Shown here: positions 62,122-64,000 of the stretch, piece by piece
How positions within the stretch are numbered: position 1 is the stretch's first letter
Layout: every line of letters starts with the position of its first letter
Origin: Gammaproteobacteria bacterium
GTDB taxonomy: Bacteria; Pseudomonadota; Gammaproteobacteria; UBA5335; SLRW01
Direction: 5' to 3'
Assembly (NCBI GenBank): GCA_035638775.1
Contig: DASQZJ010000012.1
Location: 70,147 to 134,146 of the forward strand
DNA length: 64,000 bases
The notes under the pieces: model-generated
What the model was told of the DNA's origin: nothing
Databases searched by the model: none
The model's input: the letters and a program-made list of their open reading frames with translations, nothing else
Program-made: the position numbers and the translations under genes

Positions 62122-62915
62122 CAGCCCTCCCCGGCGCCGCCGGCCGCGATCCAGCGATCCAGGAACTCCAGCAGGTGGGGACGCCCGTCCTTCTCGAGCC
62201 CTTCCCGAACCACCGCGCACTCGCCCGCGTATCCCTCCCGGGAAAGCCGCCCGCGCATCAGCTGGTACCGCAGGTAGACCAGGTAGGTGTTGAGCACATC
62301 GGTTTCGCAGTAGTCGCGGATCGCGCCGATCTCCCCTTCGCGGAAGCGGTCCCAGACGTGCGATCCGTGCATGCCCATCTTGCCGGGCAGGCCGAGCAGC
62401 ACCGCGATCTCGTCGAGCGGGGCCACCGCACGCCCCTGGTAGCCCGAGAGCACGTCCATCAGGTCGGTGTGTCGGGAGTGGAACCGGTTCAGATAGTTGT
62501 TGAAGCGGAATGCGCCGTCTTCGTCCCCGGTCTCCCAGTAGCGCGGTGCCGCCACCCCGTGCAGCAGGGCGCGGTAATGCAGCACCGGAAGGTCGAAGCC
62601 GCCGCCGTTCCAGGAGACGATGTCCGGTACGAAGCGCTCGATGCCGTCGAAGAAGCGCCGGATCAGCTCACCCTCGTCCGCGTCCGGGTCGCCCAGGGAC
62701 CATACCCGGAAGGCATCGCCCGAACGCAGGCATACCGAAACCGCCACCACCCGGTGCAGGTGCAGCGGCAGAAACTCGCTGCCGCCGGTCTTCTGCCGGC
62801 GCTGGTGGAACATGATCCGGGCGACGTCGTCGTCGTCCAGGTCCGGCACGTCGTACAGGCGTCTGCCGCTGGCGACGTCCGGCACGGTCTCGATGTCGAA
62901 AGTGAAGACGTTCAT
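62121..62915 (-). CDS. Predicted 3'-5' exonuclease, PolB-exonuclease-like (DEDDy, RNase H fold)
   Basis: Start moved to ATG 62915 (MNVFTFDIETVPD, Exo I). It also has SWNGGGFDLPVL (Exo II) and YCETDVLNTY (Exo III). Its stop overlaps the rlmD ATG (ATGA at 62121-62124). Confidence 0.75.
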   Translation of the reverse strand: MNVFTFDIETVPDVASGRRLYDVPDLDDDDVARIMFHQRRQKTGGSEFLPLHLHRVVAVSVCLRSGDAFRVWSLGDPDADEGELIRRFFDGIERFVPDIVSWNGGGFDLPVLHYRALLHGVAAPRYWETGDEDGAFRFNNYLNRFHSRHTDLMDVLSGYQGRAVAPLDEIAVLLGLPGKMGMHGSHVWDRFREGEIGAIRDYCETDVLNTYLVYLRYQLMRGRLSREGYAGECAVVREGLEKDGRPHLLEFLDRWIAAGGAGEG

Positions 62916-62937
62916 CCTGCTCCGTACGCCCCGACGG

Positions 62938-63831
62938 CTAATCCAGCGGGAAGACGCCGGTCGAGACGTACCGGTCGCCGCGATCGCACACGATCGCAAC
63001 GATCACCGCCTCCGAGACCTCTGCGGACAGGCGCAGTGCGGCAGCCACCGCGCCGCCGGAGGAGACGCCGGCGAAGATTCCCTCGCGCGCGGCGAGCCCG
63101 CGGGCACCCTCCTCCGCCTCCTCCTGGCTTACGTCGATGATCCGGTCCACGCGCGCCGGCTCGAAGATCGAGGGCAGATAGGCCTCCGGCCATCGCCGGA
63201 TGCCCGGGATGCTGGCACCGTCACGGGGCTGCACCCCGACGATCCGGACCTGCGGGTTGCGCTCCTTGAGATAGCGCGAGGTGCCCATGATCGTCCCCGT
63301 CGTCCCCATGGAGCTGACGAAGTGCGTCACGGTCCCGCCGGTGTCCCGCCAGATCTCGGGTCCGGTTCCCTCATAGTGGGCCCTGGGGTTGTCCGGATTG
63401 GAGAACTGGTCCAGCACATGGCCGTCACCCTGCTCACGCATCTGCCGGGCCAGATCCCGGGCGCCCTCCATGCCGGCCTCGCGACTCACGGTGACCAGCT
63501 CCGCCCCGTAGGCCTTCATGGTGGCCGCCCGTTCGGCGCTGGCGTTCTCGGGCATGATCAGACGCAGGTGGTAGCCGCGGACCGCGGCGGCCATGGCCAG
63601 CGCAATCCCCGTATTGCCGCTGGTCGCCTCGATCAGGGTGTCCCCGGGGCGGATCTCGCCGCGCTCCTCGGCACCGCGGATCATGCACATCGCGGGGCGA
63701 TCCTTGACCGAACCGGCGGGGTTGCTGCCCTCGAGCTTGACCAGGATCGTATTGCCGGTATCCCCCGGCAGGCGCTGCAGCCGCACCAGCGGCGTGCCGC
63801 CCACGCAGCTTTCGATCGTCGGGTAGGACAT
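62938..63831 (-). CDS. cysM: Cysteine synthase B (O-acetylserine sulfhydrylase B)
   Basis: It has LEGSNPAGSVKDRPA (PLP lysine) and EATSGNTGIALA. The overall pattern is very close to enterobacterial CysM. Confidence 0.92.
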   Translation of the reverse strand: MSYPTIESCVGGTPLVRLQRLPGDTGNTILVKLEGSNPAGSVKDRPAMCMIRGAEERGEIRPGDTLIEATSGNTGIALAMAAAVRGYHLRLIMPENASAERAATMKAYGAELVTVSREAGMEGARDLARQMREQGDGHVLDQFSNPDNPRAHYEGTGPEIWRDTGGTVTHFVSSMGTTGTIMGTSRYLKERNPQVRIVGVQPRDGASIPGIRRWPEAYLPSIFEPARVDRIIDVSQEEAEEGARGLAAREGIFAGVSSGGAVAAALRLSAEVSEAVIVAIVCDRGDRYVSTGVFPLD

Positions 63832-63959
63832 CCTGCAAGTCTACTCGAAACCGCCCGGAAGACGTAAGGGACGGGACCCCGGGCGGCTTTTCGCTGCCGG
63901 GCCGGCAAAGTACTATCAATATCTGGTCCGGCGCACTGCCGTGCAGGGGGACGGGTCGT

Positions 63960-64000
63960 CGTGCTGAAACGCTGGGGAATACGGGACCGGATGCTGCTGC
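63960..64000 (+). CDS. Possible 5' end of a GacS/BarA-type sensor kinase (continues beyond window)
   Basis: GTG 63960 encodes VLKRWGIRDRMLL. From memory this resembles the M(L/F)KDLGIKGRVLLL N-terminus of GacS. The gene is divergent from cysM. Only 13 codons are visible. Confidence 0.3.

Noticed and set aside
63856-63900. An inverted repeat CCGCCCGG...CCGGGCGG followed by CTTTT, upstream of cysM.
   Set aside because: The loop is about 20 nt. On the plus strand no upstream gene is present for it to terminate. On the minus strand it lies in the cysM leader. I could not support a terminator or riboswitch call.

Overview
This is a high-GC, densely packed core-chromosome segment of a gammaproteobacterium. 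The gene order recalls conserved E. coli and Pseudomonas housekeeping blocks; a Chromatiales/Ectothiorhodospiraceae-like origin is only a guess. I call about 58 CDS with almost no non-coding space. I found no rRNA, tRNA, CRISPR, transposase, integrase or phage genes.

Gene blocks in order:
- BI-1/YccA (partial) and a large MscS-type channel.
- Sulfur assimilation: cysG, cysH and a TSUP permease, divergent from cysB.
- A secreted ExeM/NucH-like nuclease, an MDR oxidoreductase and a DUF2007 protein.
- serS-rarA-lolA-ftsK, then ald.
- N-degron block: DUF482(FemAB-like)-aat-bpt-infA facing clpA-clpS.
- A partial type II secretion operon, gspCDEF.
- fabH-plsX-rpmF-yceD facing maf, then HAD-rluC facing rne.
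- A long minus-strand envelope run: ptp-kdsB-trm112-lpxK-msbA-exbD-exbB-comEC-lolD-lolC-sfsA.
- aguA-aguB, a class I-beta DAHP synthase, and mfd-csiV.
- mtnP-hpt-nagZ-ldt-CYTH-rlmD-exonuclease-cysM, with a probable gacS/barA start at the window edge.

I do not see a classical accessory or defence island. The two best candidates for uncharacterised biology are gene-context observations inside otherwise conserved operons:
1. A TonB-less ExbB-ExbD motor translationally coupled to msbA-lpxK.
2. A FemAB-like DUF482 gene translationally coupled to the two N-degron aminoacyl-tRNA transferases aat and bpt.

All family calls come from motif recognition by eye and no searches were run. Start codons that differ from the ORF track were checked by hand against the sequence. 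The many long Arg/Pro/Gly/Ala-rich ORFs in alternative frames are treated as GC-driven shadow ORFs.
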